Shown here: positions 1 to 13,999 of the stretch, in pieces | Position numbering within the stretch: the first letter of the stretch is position 1 | Layout: every line of letters begins with the position of its first letter | Source of the DNA: Mobula hypostoma | Taxonomy: Eukaryota | Assembly (NCBI RefSeq): GCF_963921235.1 | Contig: NC_086097.1 | Location: 113,958,001-114,022,000, forward strand | Length of the DNA: 64,000 bases | Direction of reading: 5' to 3' | The notes under the pieces: model-generated | What the model was told of the DNA's origin: nothing | The model's database searches: none | Seen by the model: the letters and a program-made list of their open reading frames with translations, nothing else | Position numbers and translations under genes: made by a program

Positions 1-319
1 ACAGACTACAAGACCCTCATCACCAATGCCTCCAGAACCTATGTAACTAGGGAGAGCTCCCTTAATGCTGCAAGAGTACGAGCATCAGTGGTGAAGCAAC
101 TTACGTACGACCAATCATCAAAAGCTCATTGCATCCGGGAAAGGGCACCACCAGGTAGAGACGAGCACCCATCTACCTGGTAAACTCCCCCGGCAAACTC
201 CCCCGGCCCCTCATTCCAGCTCCATAGCCCGAGTCATTCTCTCTGTCCTCCTCCATACCCTGATGGCTCTATGCACACATGAGGCTCTGGCAGATTACAG
301 GGCTGCAGGCAACTTTCTG

Positions 320-757
320 GACTGGACAGTGTGTGTTCAGCTTGGTCTCCCTACCAAGCTTTTGTCTTGTCCACGTTGAGACTCAGATTGTTGTTATCAC
401 ACTATTTGACAAGACCCTCTACCTCCTCTCTGTATGCCAACCCATCATTGTGGCTGATGAGGCCAGTCACTGCCGTACCATCAGTGGACTTGATGATGAG
501 GTTTGAAGTGAATCTGGCAGTGGTCGTGGGTCAGCTCTGTGAACAGCAGCAGACTCAACCGCTAATCCTGGGGGGCACCAGTGCTCAGCGTGACCGAGCC
601 TGAGGTGTTGCTGCCAGCTCGGAATAACTGCGGTCCTTCCATCAAGAAGACAAAGATCCAGTTACAGAGAGCGTAGCTGAGTCCCAGCAAGGACCAGTGT
701 ACTCACCAGCTGCTGATGGATGATCATTTTAAATGCTGAGCTGAAGTTGATGAATAA
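320..757 (-). mobile_element. Rex1/Babar-type LINE, RT fragment (3' part of an element split by two CR1 insertions)
   Basis: Minus strand reads LFINFSSAF...TLSTGAPQ..LSLLLFT.LTHD, typical of Rex-Babar RT; continues at 3542 across the CR1 insert. Confidence 0.8.
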
Positions 758-3541
758 TATAAGAGCATAAAGTATCGGAGCAGAATTAGGCCATCTGGCC
801 CATCGAGTCTGCTCCACCACTCAATCATGGTTGATAGTTTTTTTTCTCCCCCTCAACCGAGGTTTCCAACCTTCTCCCCGTTACCTTTGATGCCATGTCC
901 AGACAAGAACTTATCAATCTCTGCTTTAAATACACACAATGACCTGCCTCCACAACTGCATGTGGCAATGAATTCCACAAATTCACAACCCTTTGGTAAA
1001 GAGATGTCTCCATATCTCTGTTTTGAAAGGGTGCCCCTCTATCCTGAGGCTGTGCCTAGACTCCCTACCATGGGAAACATCCTTTCCACATCTACTTTGT
1101 CTAGGCCTTTCAACATTCGAAAGGTTTCAACGAGATCCTCCCTCATCCTTCTGAATTCCAGTGAGTACAGACCCAGAGCCTTCAAACGTTCCTCATATGA
1201 TAACCTTTTCTCTCCTGGAATCAGCCTTGTGAACCTCCTCTGGACCCTCTCCAATGCCAGCACATCTTTTCTAAGATGAGGGGCCCAAAACTGTTCACAA
1301 TACTCAAGGTGAGGCCTCACCAGTGCCTTATAAAGCCTCAGCATCACATCCTTGTTCCTGTATTCTCGACCTCTTGAAATGCTAAGTATTGCATTTACCT
1401 TCCTCACCACCAACTCAACCTGCAAGTTAACTTTTAGGGTGTTCTGCATATGGACTCTCAAGTCCCTCTGCATCTCAGATTTTTGGATTTTTTCTATTTA
1501 GAAAATAGTCCGCACATTTACTTCTACTGCCAAAGTGCATGACTATGCATTTACCAACACTGTATTTCATTTGCCATTTTCTTGCCCATTCTCCAAATCT
1601 GTCTCAGTCCTTCTGCATCCTAACTATTTCCTCAACACTACCTACCCCTCCACCAATCTTCGTATCATCTGCAAACTTGGCAGCAAAGTCATCTATTCCA
1701 TCAACTAAATTGTTTGTATACAGCATAAAAAGAAGTGGTCCCAACACCCTCCGTGCAGAACACCACTAGTCACTGGCAGCCAACCTGTAAAGGATCCTTT
1801 TATTCCCGTTCACTACCTCCTACCAATCATCTAATATTCTAACCATGTCAGTAACTTTCCTGTAATACCATGGGCTCTTAACTTGGTAAGCAGACTCATA
1901 TGCGGCACCTGTTCAAGGGCCTTCTGAAAGTCCAAATATACAACATCCAATGCATCCCCTTTATCTATCCTACTTGTAATTTCCTCAAAGAATTCCAACA
2001 GGTTAATCAGGCAGGATTTTCCCTGAAGGAAATCATGCTGACTTCGTACTATCTTGTCCTGTGTCACCAAGTACTCCATCACCTCACCCTTAACAATTGA
2101 CTCTAACATCCAACCACTGAGGTCAGACTAATTGGTCTATAATTTCCTTTCTGCTACCTTCCTTCCTTCTTAAAGAATGGAGTGACATTCGCAATTTTCC
2201 AGTCCTCTAGCACCATGCCAGAATCCAATAATTTTTGTAAGATCATTTCTCATGCCACCACAATCTCTAAAGCTACCTCTTTCAGAACCCTAGGGTACAG
2301 TTCATCTGGTCCGAGTGACTTGTGTACCTTTAGGTCTTTCAGCTTTTTGAGCATCTTCTCTCTTGGAAGAGTAACTGCACCCACTTCTCTTCCTTCACAC
2401 ACTACAACATCAGACATACTGCTAGCGTCTTCCACAGTGAAAACTGATGCAAAATACTCATTTAGTTCATCAGCCATCTCCTTGTCCCCGTTATTATTTC
2501 TCCTGCCTCATTTTCTAGTGGTCCTATATCCACTCTCATTCCTTTTATTTTTAACATACTGGAAAAAACTTTTACTATCCACTTTGATATTATTTGCTAG
2601 CTTGCTTTCATATTTCATCTTTTCCTTTCTAATGATTTGTTAGTTGCTCTCCGTAGGTTTTTAAAAACTTCCTAATCCTCTGTCTTCCCACTAATTTTTG
2701 CTTTGTTATATGGCCTTCCTTTTGCTTTTACAATAGCTTTGACTTCCCTTATCAGCCACGGTTGTACTATTATACCATTTGAGTCTTTCTTCATTTCTGG
2801 AATACACATGTCCTGCACCTTCCTCATTTTTCCCAGAAACACACACCATTGCTGCTCTGCTGACATCCCTGCCACCAGCTCCTTCCAATTTACTTTGGCC
2901 AACTCCTCTCTCATACCACTGTAATTTCCTTTACTCCACTGAAATACTGCTACATCAGACTTCACTTTCTCCCTTTCAGATTTCAAGTTGAACTCAATCA
3001 TATTGTGATCATTGGTTCCTAAGGGTTCTTTTACTTGAAGCTCTCTAATCGCCTCCAGTTCATTACATAACACCCAATCCAGTATAGCTGATCCCCTAGC
3101 AGGCTTAACAAGAAACTGCTCTAAAAAGCCATCTCTTAGGCATTCAACAAACTCACTCTCTTGAGATTCATTACCAACCTGATTTTCCCAATTGACCTGC
3201 ATGTTAAAATCTCCCATGACGACCATAATATTTCCCTTTTGACACGCCTTTTCTATTTCCTGTTGTAATCAGTGGCCCACCTCCCAGCCACTGTTTGGAG
3301 GCCTGTATATAACTGCCATCAGGGTCTTTTCACCCTTGCAGTTTCTTAACTCAACCCACAAGGATTCAACATCCTCTGATCCTAAGTCACATATTTCTAC
3401 TGATTTGATGCCATTCTTTACCAGTAGAGCCATGCCACCCCCTCTGCCTACCTTCCTATCCCTCCGATATAACATGCAACTTTGGACATTCAGCTCCCAG
3501 CTACAATCACGATTCAGTGATGGCCACAACATCATACCTGA
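758..3541 (-). mobile_element. CR1 LINE, ORF2 (APE endonuclease + RT), 5'-truncated, decayed
   Basis: YDVVAITES, VIYRPPNS, VMGDFN, NDHNMIEF, VYLDFQKA, LVRPHLEYC in broken ORFs (3269-3598, 2672-3226, 1831-2109, 1039-1473); CR1 3' tail near 760-830. Confidence 0.93.
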
Positions 3542-4722
3542 ACATTCTGGCATACAAGGCATCATTTTCTCGGAGGGACAGGATGGAGTGGAGGGCAAAG
3601 GCTATGGCATCATCAGTGGACTGGTTTGACTGGTAGGTGAACTGGAGAGGATCCAATGTAGCTGGAAGGTGGGATTTTATACAGTCCATTAGCAACTGCT
3701 CAAACCGTTCCATAATTTTTTAAGTCAGTGCACTGGGCAGTAATCATTTAGGCCAGTTACCATTGTTCTCTTGGGTACTGGAATGATGATGGCTGCCTTG
3801 AAACCTGCAAGGACAGTGGTCTGTTTCAGAGAGATATTAACGATGCTTGTTAGCACCTCCGTTATCTGGATCATGCAGCCCTCAGCACCTGTGCAGGTAT
3901 GTTGTTCGGCCCTGCAGCGTTGTGTGGGTTAACCCTGGCTGGGGTCCTCCTCACCTCAGCTGTGGCCAGACAGGGTGCCTGTTCCTCTGGAAGTCAAGGG
4001 GGCTTTCCTCAACGTTACATCCTTCAGGCGGTCAAATCGTACATAGAAATCATTCAGCCTATCAGGAAGGGAGGCTTCACTGTTGTCGATGCACAAGTTG
4101 GACTTATAAATAGCTATGATTTGTATCTCTTGCCACACACTCCATAAGTCCCTGGTGTCTGTGGACTTTGTGTGCATCCACGCTTTGCCTTCCTGATGGC
4201 ACGGGAGAGAGCAGCTCTTGCTGACCTTCGCATCACCTTGCCCCCCGATCTGAGGGTAATGTCCTGATGCCTAAGCAGTGCACGAACCTCTGCAGTCAGC
4301 CACGGTGTCTGGTTTGCCCTGGAAGTGTAGAGTTTAATCACGGTAACATCATCAGTGCGCTTTCCTCTGTAGCCATTTACCGGTCCCACATATTTATCGA
4401 TGGTGACGTGATGATCATAGGTAGCCAGCTCCCTGAATACGCTCCAGTCTGTAGGTTGTCACCTCCTTGAATATATTCCAGTCTGTGCTTTCAAAGCAAT
4501 CCTATAGAGCTGAGGTGGCAGCTTTTGGCCATTTCCCAATCTCCCTGTAAACTAGTTTGACCCATTTAACCAGTGGTCTGTATGCAGGGATTAGCAAAAT
4601 AAGTATGTGGTCTGAGTACTGTATCTGAGGTGAGGGCAGGAGATGGCCTTAAGGGCTCCATGAATGTTGGTATAAACAAGTCTAATATATTCTCCCCTCT
4701 GGTTGCAAAGTTGACATAGTTG
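3542..4722 (-). mobile_element. Rex1/Babar-type LINE, middle part (EN C-terminus to RT N-terminus)
   Basis: VNFATRGENILDL, NQTPWLTAEVRALL, LDPLQFTYQSNQSTDDAI..ALHS..YARM. Confidence 0.85.
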
Positions 4723-4724
4723 AT

Positions 4725-7700
4725 ATATGGCACCAAGATGGGACCCTCAACTCAGAAGGGAAGGAGGGGAAAAGGGGAGAGCAGTAGTGATAGGGGATTC
4801 AATAGTTAGGGGGACAGATAAGAGGTTCTGCGGAAGAGATTGAGAATCCCGGATGGTCTGTTGCCTCCCTGGTGCCAAGGTTCGCGATATCTCGGATCGA
4901 GTCCTCGGTATTCTCAAGAGGGAGGGTGAGCAGCCAGATGTTGTGGTCCATGTAGGGACCAATGACATGGGCAGGAAGAGTGAGGAGGTCCTGAAAGGAG
5001 AGTTTAGGGAGTTAGGCGCCAAGTTAAAGGACAGGACCTCCAGGATAGCATTCTCAGGATTGCTACCAGTGCCACATGCAGGTGGGTTTAGAAATAGTAA
5101 GATAGCACAAATCAACACATGGCTGAAGACATGGTGCAGGAGGGAGGGCTTCAGATTTAAGAATAATTGGGCAGTTTTCCGGGGAAGGTGGGACCTGTTC
5201 GGACAGGACGGTCTACATCTGAACTGGAGGGGGACAAATATTCTAGAGAGGCTCCGGTGAATTTAAACTAGATACGAGGGGGGAGGGGAACCGCAGTATA
5301 GGAACAGATGTAGGGAAGAATGAAGAAAAAGAAAATAGTAAAGTTGTTTGCACCGTTAGAGATAAACAGAGAGTAAGAGGTGGAAAATTTCTTAAATGCA
5401 TTTATTTTAATGCTAGGAGCATTATAAGAAAGGTGGCGGAGCTTAAAGCATGGATTGATACCTGGAAGTATGATATGGTAGCTATTAGTGAAACGTGGTT
5501 ACAAGAGGGGTGTGATTGGCAACTAAATGTTCCTGGATTTAATTGCTTCAGGTGTGATAGAATGAGAGGGGCTAGAGGGGAAGGTGTTGCTTTGCTTGTC
5601 AGAGAAAATATTACAGCGGTGCTCTGGCAGGATAGATTAGAGGGCTCGTCTAGGGAAGCTATTTGGGTGGAATTGAGGAATGGGAAAGGTGCAGTAACTA
5701 TTATGGGGGTGTATTATAGACCACCAAATAGGAAGCGAGAATAGGAAGAGCAAATTTGTAAGGAGATAGCAGAAACTTGTAGTAAGCACAAGGTTGTGAT
5801 TGTGGATTTTCCACACATAGACTGGGAAGCCCATACTGTAAAAGGGCTGGATGGTTTGGAGTTTGTAAAATGTGTGCAGGATAGTTTTTTGCAGCAATAC
5901 ATAGAGGTACCAACTAGAGAAGGGGCAGTGTTGGATCTCCTGTTAGAGAATGAGATAGGTCATGTGACAGAGGTTTGTTTTGGGGAGCACTTCGGGTCCA
6001 GTGATCACAATGCTATTAGTTTCAATATAATTATGGAGAAGGGTAGGTCTGGACCCAGGGTTGAGATTTTTGATTGGAGAAAGGCTAACTTTAAGGAGAT
6101 GTGAAAGGATTTAGAAGGAGTGGATTGGAACAATTTGTTTTATGGGAAGAATATAATAGAGAAATGGCGGTCATTTAAAGGTGAAATTTTGAGGGTACAG
6201 GATTTTTATGTTCCTGTTAGGATGAAAGGAAAGGTTAAAAGTTTGAGTGAGCCATGGTTTTCAAGGGATATTGGAAACATGGTTCGTAAAAAGAGAGATA
6301 TCTACAATAAATATAGGCAGCATGGAGAATATGAAATGCTGAGGAATATAAAGAATGTAAAAAGAATCTTAAGAAAGAAATTAGAAAAGCTAAAAGATGA
6401 TATGAGGTTGCTTTGGCAAGTAAGATGAAAATAAATCCCAAGGGTTTCTACCATTATATTAACAGCAAAAGGATAGTGAGGGATAAAATTAGTCCCTTAG
6501 AGAATCAGAGTGGACAGCTATGTGTGGAGCCAAAAGAGATGGGGGAGATTCTGAACAATTTCTTTTCTTCGGTATTCACTAAGGAGAAGGAGATTGAATT
6601 GGGTAAGATAAGAGAAACAGGTAGGGAAGTTATGGAAACTATGATGATTAAAGAAGAGGAAATACTGGAGCTTTTACGGAATACAAAAGTGGATAAGTCT
6701 CTGGGTCCTGACAGGATATTCCCTAGGACATTGAGGGAAGTTAATGTGGAAATAGCAGAGGCTCTGACAGAAATATTTCAGATGTCATTAGAAACGTGAA
6801 TGGTGTTGGAGGATTGGCGTATTGCTTATGTTGTTCTATTGTTTAAAAAAGGTTCTAAGAGTAAACCTAGCAATAATGGCCTGTGAGTTTGACGTCAGTG
6901 GTGGGTAAATTGATGGAAAGTATTCTTAGGGATGGTATATATAATTATCTGCATAGACAGGGTCTGATTAGGAACAGTCAACATGGATTTGTGCGTGGAA
7001 GGTCATGTTTGACAAATCTTCTTGAATTTTTTGAAGAGGTTACTAGGAAAGTTGACAAGAGTAAAGCGGTGGATGTTGTCTACATGGACTTCAGTAAGGC
7101 CTTTGACAAGGTCCCACACAGAAGGTTGGTTAGGAAGGTTCAATCGTTAGGTATTAATATTGAAGTAGTAAAATGGATTTAGCAGTAGCTGGATGGGAGA
7201 CACCAGAGAGTGGTGGTGGATAACTGTTTGCAAGATTGGAGGTCAATGACTAGTGGTGTGCCTCAGGGGTCTGTACTGGGTCCAATGTTATTTGTCATAT
7301 ACATTAATGATCTGGATGATGGGGTGGTAAATTGGATGAGTAAGTATGCAGATAGGTGGAGTTGTGGATAATGAAATAGGTTTTCAAAGCTTGCAGAGAG
7401 ATTTAGGCCAGTTAGAAGAGTGGGCTGAAAAATGGCAGATGGAGTTTAATGCTGATAACTGTGAGGTGTTACATTTTGGTAGGACTAATACCAAAATAGG
7501 ACATACATGGTAAATAGTAGGGCATTGAAGAATGCAGTAGAGCAGAGGGATCTAGGAATAATGGTGCATAGTTCCCTGAAGGTGGAATCTCATGTGGATA
7601 GGATGGTGAAGAAAGCTTTTGGTCTTCTGGCCTTTATAAATCAGAGCATTGAGTATAGGAGTTGGGATGTAATGTTGAAATTGTACAAGGCATTGGTGAG

Positions 7701-8210
7701 GCCAAATTTGGAGTATTGTGTACAGTTTTGGTCACCAAATTATAGGAAAGATGTCAATCACCTAAGTTACAGAGAAAGGTTGAACAGGTTGGGTCGTTAT
7801 TCTTTGGAACGTAGAAGGTTGAGGGGGGATTTGCTAGAGGTGTTTAAAATTATGAGGGGGATTGATAGAGTTGATGTGGATAGGCTTTTTCCATTGAAAG
7901 TGGGGGAGATTCAAACAAGAGGACATGAGTTGAGAGTTAGGGGACAAAAGTTTAGGGGTAACATGAGGGGGAACTTCTTTACTCAGAGGGTGGTAGCTGT
8001 GTGGAACGAGCTTGCAGCAGAAGTGGTTGAGGCAGGTTCGATGTTGTTATTTAAAGTTAAATTGGACAGCTATATGGACAGGAAAGGAATGGAGGGTTAT
8101 GGGCTGAGTGCAAGTCGGTGGGACTAGGTGAGAGTAAGAGTTCGGCATGGACTAGAAGGGCTGAGATGGCCTGTTTCTGTGCTGTAATTGTTATATGGTT
8201 ATATGGTAAT
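4725..8210 (+). mobile_element. CR1 LINE with ORF1 SGNH-esterase domain and decayed ORF2
   Basis: VIGDSIVRG, VHVGTND, DGLHLN (ORF1); FNARS, SETW, YYRPP, SDHN, YMDFSKAFDKVPH, GVPQGS, LVRPNLEYC (ORF2); (TTATATGG)n tail near 8190-8207. Confidence 0.95.
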
Positions 8211-8450
8211 ATAGAGGTAGAACTTTGTCAGGACTGTTTTTAAGTTGGCGTGGTTGACGTGATCAGCAGCAATGAGGACACCATCAGGGTGAGTGGCCTT
8301 GAGGATGCAGGTTGCACCTTAGAGCTCCTGCAGCGCCTCTCCAGCACCAGCACAGGGAACAGCGTTAACAGCAATAATCACAACTGCAGTCAGCTCCCTC
8401 AATAAGTAGAAGAGCCTGCAATTCATTAAAAACTGCTGAGTACCATAATT
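8211..8450 (-). mobile_element. Rex1/Babar-type LINE, endonuclease fragment (5' part of the split element)
   Basis: Minus strand NHANLKTVLTKFY joins the VNFATRG stretch left of the CR1. Confidence 0.7.
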
Positions 8451-10014
8451 TAACCATTGCCTTCAGTACCCTGCCACCTAACAAACCACACATCTGCATG
8501 ATCGATCTGCTGGGCACCACCCTTCCCCGAGTTTATCTGTTCTCCCTCTCCCCTTCTGAGACCCAAGCAATCGATGACTACATTACTGAACGACTACAGC
8601 ACAATTTCATTTGACCACCCCATTCCCCAGCTGGGGCAACATGCTTCTTTATCAAAAAGAAAAATTTTTCTTTTTTTTACCCTGCATTGACTACTGCGGA
8701 CTTAACAAAACCACCATTAAGAAACACTACCCTCTCCACTGGATGGGTAATGCCTGCAAAACTCTCCATGGTGCCCAGATCTCCATCAAACTGGATCTAT
8801 AGAACACATACAACTTGATCCACATCCACCAGGGGGATGAGTAGAAGACAGTGTTCGTAACACACACTGGCCAGTACAAATACTTGGTGATGCCTTTGAG
8901 ACTTTCTAACAGTCCAGCCATTTTCCAAACCTTCATTAATGAGATCCTGCAAGACATTCTACACAAGTATGTGTTTGTCTATCTCCCCTCATCTTCTCCA
9001 AGGACCATCTCTATCATGTCCATTCAGTCCTTCAACTTCTCCTCAGAAACCAACTGTACTGCAATTTAGAGAAATGCCAGTTCCACATCCCAGTCAATTC
9101 CTTCCTGGGTGATATCCTTTCACCCACAGCATAACCATAGTCCCAGATAAAGTGCATGCCATTAGCCCTGGCTGTACTCCCTCAAAAAGTTAGAGTGCTT
9201 CTTGGGCTTCTCCAACTTCTACCACCGTTTCATCAGAAACTGCAACCAAATTGATGCTCCTTTCACTCCCCTCACCAATTAACATATGTACTTTATGAAC
9301 AATCTGTTCTGCTGCCACAGAACACACTTTCAAGGAGCTCAAAAGGTGCTTTACCACTGCCCCATTCTCTTCCATCTGAACCCCTCCAGACCTTTTGTGG
9401 CAGAGGTAGACACATCTGACCTGCACACTGGGATCATCCTTTCCTAGCGAGGACCAAACAGACACAAGCTTGTGTCTTCTTCTTGTGCAAGTTTATCGTA
9501 CACAGCACCATTATGGAGTAGGAGACAGGGAGCTACTCACCATTAAATGGGCCTTGGAGGAATGGCGACACTGGTGATGGGAAACATTGAGCCCTTTCTA
9601 ATCTGGGCTAACCATCAGAGCCCAATATCCATTCGACAGACTCACCAACTCAACCCATGTCAGGCTCACTGGATCCTATTCTTCCAGCAATGTAACTTCA
9701 CCATCTCTTAATAACCCAGTTCCAAGGACAAGGTGGACACCCTGCCACAACTGTTCAACACAACTGAAATAGAGATTGACCCTCAGTCCAAGATCCTTAG
9801 ATCCTCACCCTGCTCATCTGGGACCTTGAGAACCAGATCCACCAGCTCTCCAGTACTAGTCCATCATTCCTGACAACCACATGAACATGCCAGCAGCCGT
9901 GTGGGCTCAAGTGGGCTCACTCCTCACCTCCTCCAGCAGAGATACATCAGTTCATCTCACCCTGCCCTCAATATGCCTAGTACATTTCCTCCAACCAGCA
10001 GCCCTCTGGGCTCA

Positions 10015-10222
10015 TGATTTTGCACCTTTCTGCTCCTAGTGGCACATCAGACGGCAATCTTGCTGTTTCTTTAGCACTTGTCTGTTTTCTAATGAGACCA
10101 GGCTGCTAGCTCGAGGATCAACCCAACACGGGTGGAAAGCGTGCAGGAGCCAGCTGGATTTGAAGGTGGGACCACTCACCCTGAAGGATGGTGTAGATAC
10201 AACTACACCACCAGCCAGCTTC
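10015..10222 (-). mobile_element. tRNA-derived SINE inserted in the Gypsy integrase
   Basis: Minus strand starts gctggtggtgtagttg (A-box-like) followed by ttcaaatcc (B-box-like); interrupts the integrase reading. Confidence 0.55.
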
Positions 10223-10289
10223 TAAGCTCCAGTGGCTCCTACCAATCGCTCAACACTGATGGTCCCACATCACCATGGATTTCATCACA

Positions 10290-12086
10290 GTTTTTTTCAG
10301 TTATATAAAGAGTAAAAGGGAGGTGAATTAATATTGGAGAACTGGAAAATTATGTTTGTGAGGTAGTAATGGGGGACAAAGAAATGGCAGATGAACTTAG
10401 TGGGTACTTTGCATCAGTCTTCTCTGTGGAAGACACTAGCAGTGTTCCAGAGTTCCGTGAGTGTCAGGGAGCAGGAATGAGTGCCATTGCTATTTCAAAG
10501 AAAAAGTGCTTAGCAAAGGTCTTAAGGTGGACCAAATGAACTACATCCCAAAGCCTTGAGAGAGGTTGCTGAAGAGATAACAGATACATTGATCATGATC
10601 TTTCAAGAATCACTTAATTCTGGCGTGGTCACGGAGGACAGGAAGATTGCAAATGTCACTCCACTCTTTAAGAAGGGAGGAAGGCAAAAGAGTGGAAATT
10701 GTAGGCCAGTAGCCTAAACTCAGTGGTTGGGAAAGTGTTGGAATCTATTACTAAGGATGAGGTTTTGGAGTAATTGGAGACTAACGATAAAATAGGTCAA
10801 AGTCAGCATAGTTTCTGTAAAGAGAATCCTTGCCTGACAAATCTGTTAAGAGTTCTTCGAGGATGTAACAGGCAGGGTGGACAAAGGAGAGGTAGTGGAT
10901 GTCATTTACTTGGATTTTCAGAAGACATTTGATCAGGTGCCAAACATGAGGCTGCTTAACAAGATCAAATCCTGAGGTGTTACAGGAAACATACTGACAT
11001 ATATAGCTGAATGGCTGACCGGCAGGATGCAGCAAGTGGGAATAAAAGGGGCCTTTTCTGTTTGGCTGCCGGTGACTGGTGGTGTTTCTCAGAGGTCAGT
11101 ATTGGGACTGCTACTTTTCACATTGTTTGTCAATAATTTGAATAATGGAATTGATGGCTTTGTGGCAAAGTTTGCAAATGATACGAAGATAGGTGGAGGG
11201 GTAGGTTGTCCTGAGGAAGCAATGTGATTGCAGCAGAACTTAGACAAGTTGGAAGAATGGGCAAAAAAGTGGCAGGTGGAATAGTGTTGGGAAATGTACG
11301 ATAATATATTTTGGTAAAAGGAACAATAATGCAGATATTTTCTAGGTGAGGAGAAGGTTCAAACAACAGAGGTGCAGTGGGACTTAGGAGTCCTTGTGCA
11401 TGTCTCCCAGGTTAATTTGCAGGTTGAGTCTGTGATAAAGAAGGCAAATGCAATGTTGGGATTTATTTCAAGGGGAATAGAATCAAGGAGATAATTCTGA
11501 GGCTTTATAAGACACTAGTCAGACTGCACTTGGAATATTGTCAACAGTTTTGGGCCCCATATCTCAGAAAGGATGTGTTGTCATTGGAAACGGTTCAGAG
11601 GAGGCGCATGAGGATGATTCCAAGAATGAAGGAGTTCAGATGAGCAATATTTGGCAGCTTTGGGCCTGTACTCACTAGAATTTAGAAGAATGCATGGGGG
11701 ATCTTCTTGAAACCTACCGAATGTTGAAAGGACTAGATAGGGTGGATGTGGAGAGGATGTTTCCTATGGTGGGGGTGTCCAGAAGTAGATGGCACTGACT
11801 CAAAATTAAGTAGCAACCTTTTGGAACAGAGGTAAAGAAGATTTATTTTAGCTAGAGAGCAATGAATCTGTGGAATTCTCTGCCACAGACTACAATGGGG
11901 AACAAGTCTGTGGATATACTTAAGGTGGAAGTTGATAGTTTCCTGATAGGTCAGGGCATCAAAGGATATGGTGCGAAGGCAGGTGTATGGGGTTGAGTGG
12001 GATCTGGGATCAACTGTGATGGAATGGCAGAGCGCTCGATGGGCTGAATGGTCAAATTCTGTTCCTTGATTTTATGGTCTCTTATG
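10290..12086 (+). mobile_element. CR1 LINE RT, 5'-truncated, inserted in the Gypsy integrase
   Basis: MADEL..YFASVF, YLDFQK, VAKFANDTK, CR1 3' tail; Gypsy reads DFIT before and GVLLSIGATMIMTVVDQFS after the insert. Confidence 0.9.
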
Positions 12087-13999
12087 GGTGTGTTGCTCTC
12101 TATTGGGGCCACTATGATCATGACAGTGGTGGACCAGTTCTCCATGGTGGCCCTCATCATTTTCCTCCCCAAACTTCCATCAGCCACTGAAATGGTGGAC
12201 TTGTATCTCCAATATGTAATCAGCTTTTAGGACTTGGCATAGGACATTATGTCAGACTGGCGCCCACAATTCATCTCCCGCTTCTATTGAGCCTTCTCTT
12301 TCCTTCTCCGCACCTCGGTGAGTTTGTCCTTTGGCTATCATCCGCAGACCAATAGCCAGTCAGAAAGAGCCAATCATCAAGTGGAGAAGTCTCTGCGATG
12401 CTTCGCCTCCTCTAACCCTTCAGTATAGAAGAAATATCTGCTCTGGGCACAATCCGCACACCTCTGCCACAGGTATGTCACACTTTGAAGTGCTTCATGT
12501 CTTCCTCCCCGCCCCACCACATTAATCACCAGGGAGGAGCCAATGTTCGAGGACCTGTCTGCCAGGGCCCTTGTTAACTGCTGCTGGAATGTTTGGAAGA
12601 TGGCATGCAGGGTCATCTCAACTACCAACTATATCTACTGCCTCTAAGCCTACCACTATCACACACAGCTAGACTATTTCAGCCTGGGGACCATGTCTGG
12701 CTGTCCACATGAGATCTGCCCCTGCACAATGACTCCCGCAACCTCTCTTCCCAGTTCATTGGTCCCTTCAAGATTACCCATCGCATCATTCCAGTTACTT
12801 ACCACCTACAGCTACCAAATCCCTCAGGATCACCCCTTCTTTCCACATGTCCTGCCTCAAGCCTGTTGTCCATGGCCCATTCAACCCAGCTGAATTTGCA
12901 CCTCAGGAACCCCGTATGGTGGAAGGTGCTCCAGTGTACACGGTTCACGAGCCGTTGATGGATTCACATCATTGTAGATGGGGCGTGCAGTACCTGGTTA
13001 AATAGTAAGGGTATGGCCCAGACAAGAGGTTTAGGGTGCCGTCCAGTAACATGTTGGATTTAGTGCTCTACCAGACCCATCAGATTATCCTGGGCTTTTG
13101 AGGACCTGCACTGTTGGTGGTGGTGATGGTGGGGGTGGGGAAGAATCCTTTCAGACACAGGCAAGAACCCCTCAGACTCCACCCACATAACAGGGGTGAC
13201 TTCCCATCTGTTTCTAACTCATTGTCGGATGATTACAGTAATAGTTCATCATTGATTGTCTCTGCTGCTCTGCTTTTGGGCCAAGCCTCCTCTACGTTTT
13301 CTGACAGCAAGCTCCACCGATACAAATAATTTATCTGCTGCTCTTAGGGGCTGCTTAGTGATTAGCATTACACTATTATAGTGCCAGCAACCTCACTTCA
13401 CTTCCTGCATGCTATGAGGCCACTGGAAGTGTGGTGACTCTTGTTCAGCACAATCCCTGATTCGATTTGACACAAATGATGCATTTCACTGTACATTCCA
13501 ATGCACATGTGACAAATAAGGCTGATCATGGAATTTCTAATTTTTTCTTACTCCTGATCCTCAAATTTCCTGGTGCTTCATCAAAGAATGTCACTGAAAA
13601 GCTGAACAGCGACTGCCTGTCTCAAATACACACTGAACCTTTTGCCTTTTCTTCCCAACTCCCAGCTTCTCCAATTGCTATCTTCCATTCGGCCTCTTCA
13701 TCAAGTTTAAATCATACCACGTATAACTGACTCAAAACCTGGATGTAAATGATTAACCATTAAAGTCAGATTTTTAAAATGTGTGTCAATAGACCCCAAC
13801 TGGTTCTCCACAAGCTTTGGGTAAACGCTGGGACCATTGCTATATTCAGAGATATTTTGCCACCACATACTTCAACTCCAAGCTGATTCCACAACCTATG
13901 GACTCACTTTCAAGGAGTCTGCAACTCTGGTTCTCAGTTCTATGTATTGTGTCTGCTGCTCGCAAGAAGAGCTCCTCAACACTGGTGAGCCCCCTCATT

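Larger units (their letters stand above)
8460..13310 (+). mobile_element. Chromodomain-type Gypsy (chromovirus/sushi-like) pol remnant: RT, RNase H, integrase, chromodomain, probable 3' LTR remnant
   Basis: PCIDYCGLNKTTIK.HYPL, YKYLVMP..LSNSPAIFQ, HITMDFIT, TVVDQFS; chromodomain VYTVHE..DSH...GVQYLVK*.GYGP at ~12930-13030; many stops and frameshifts. Confidence 0.85.

Noticed and set aside
3507..3713. ORF joining Rex RT (YARM) to the CR1 endonuclease start (FRYDVVAITES)
   Set aside because: Insertion junction, not a gene.
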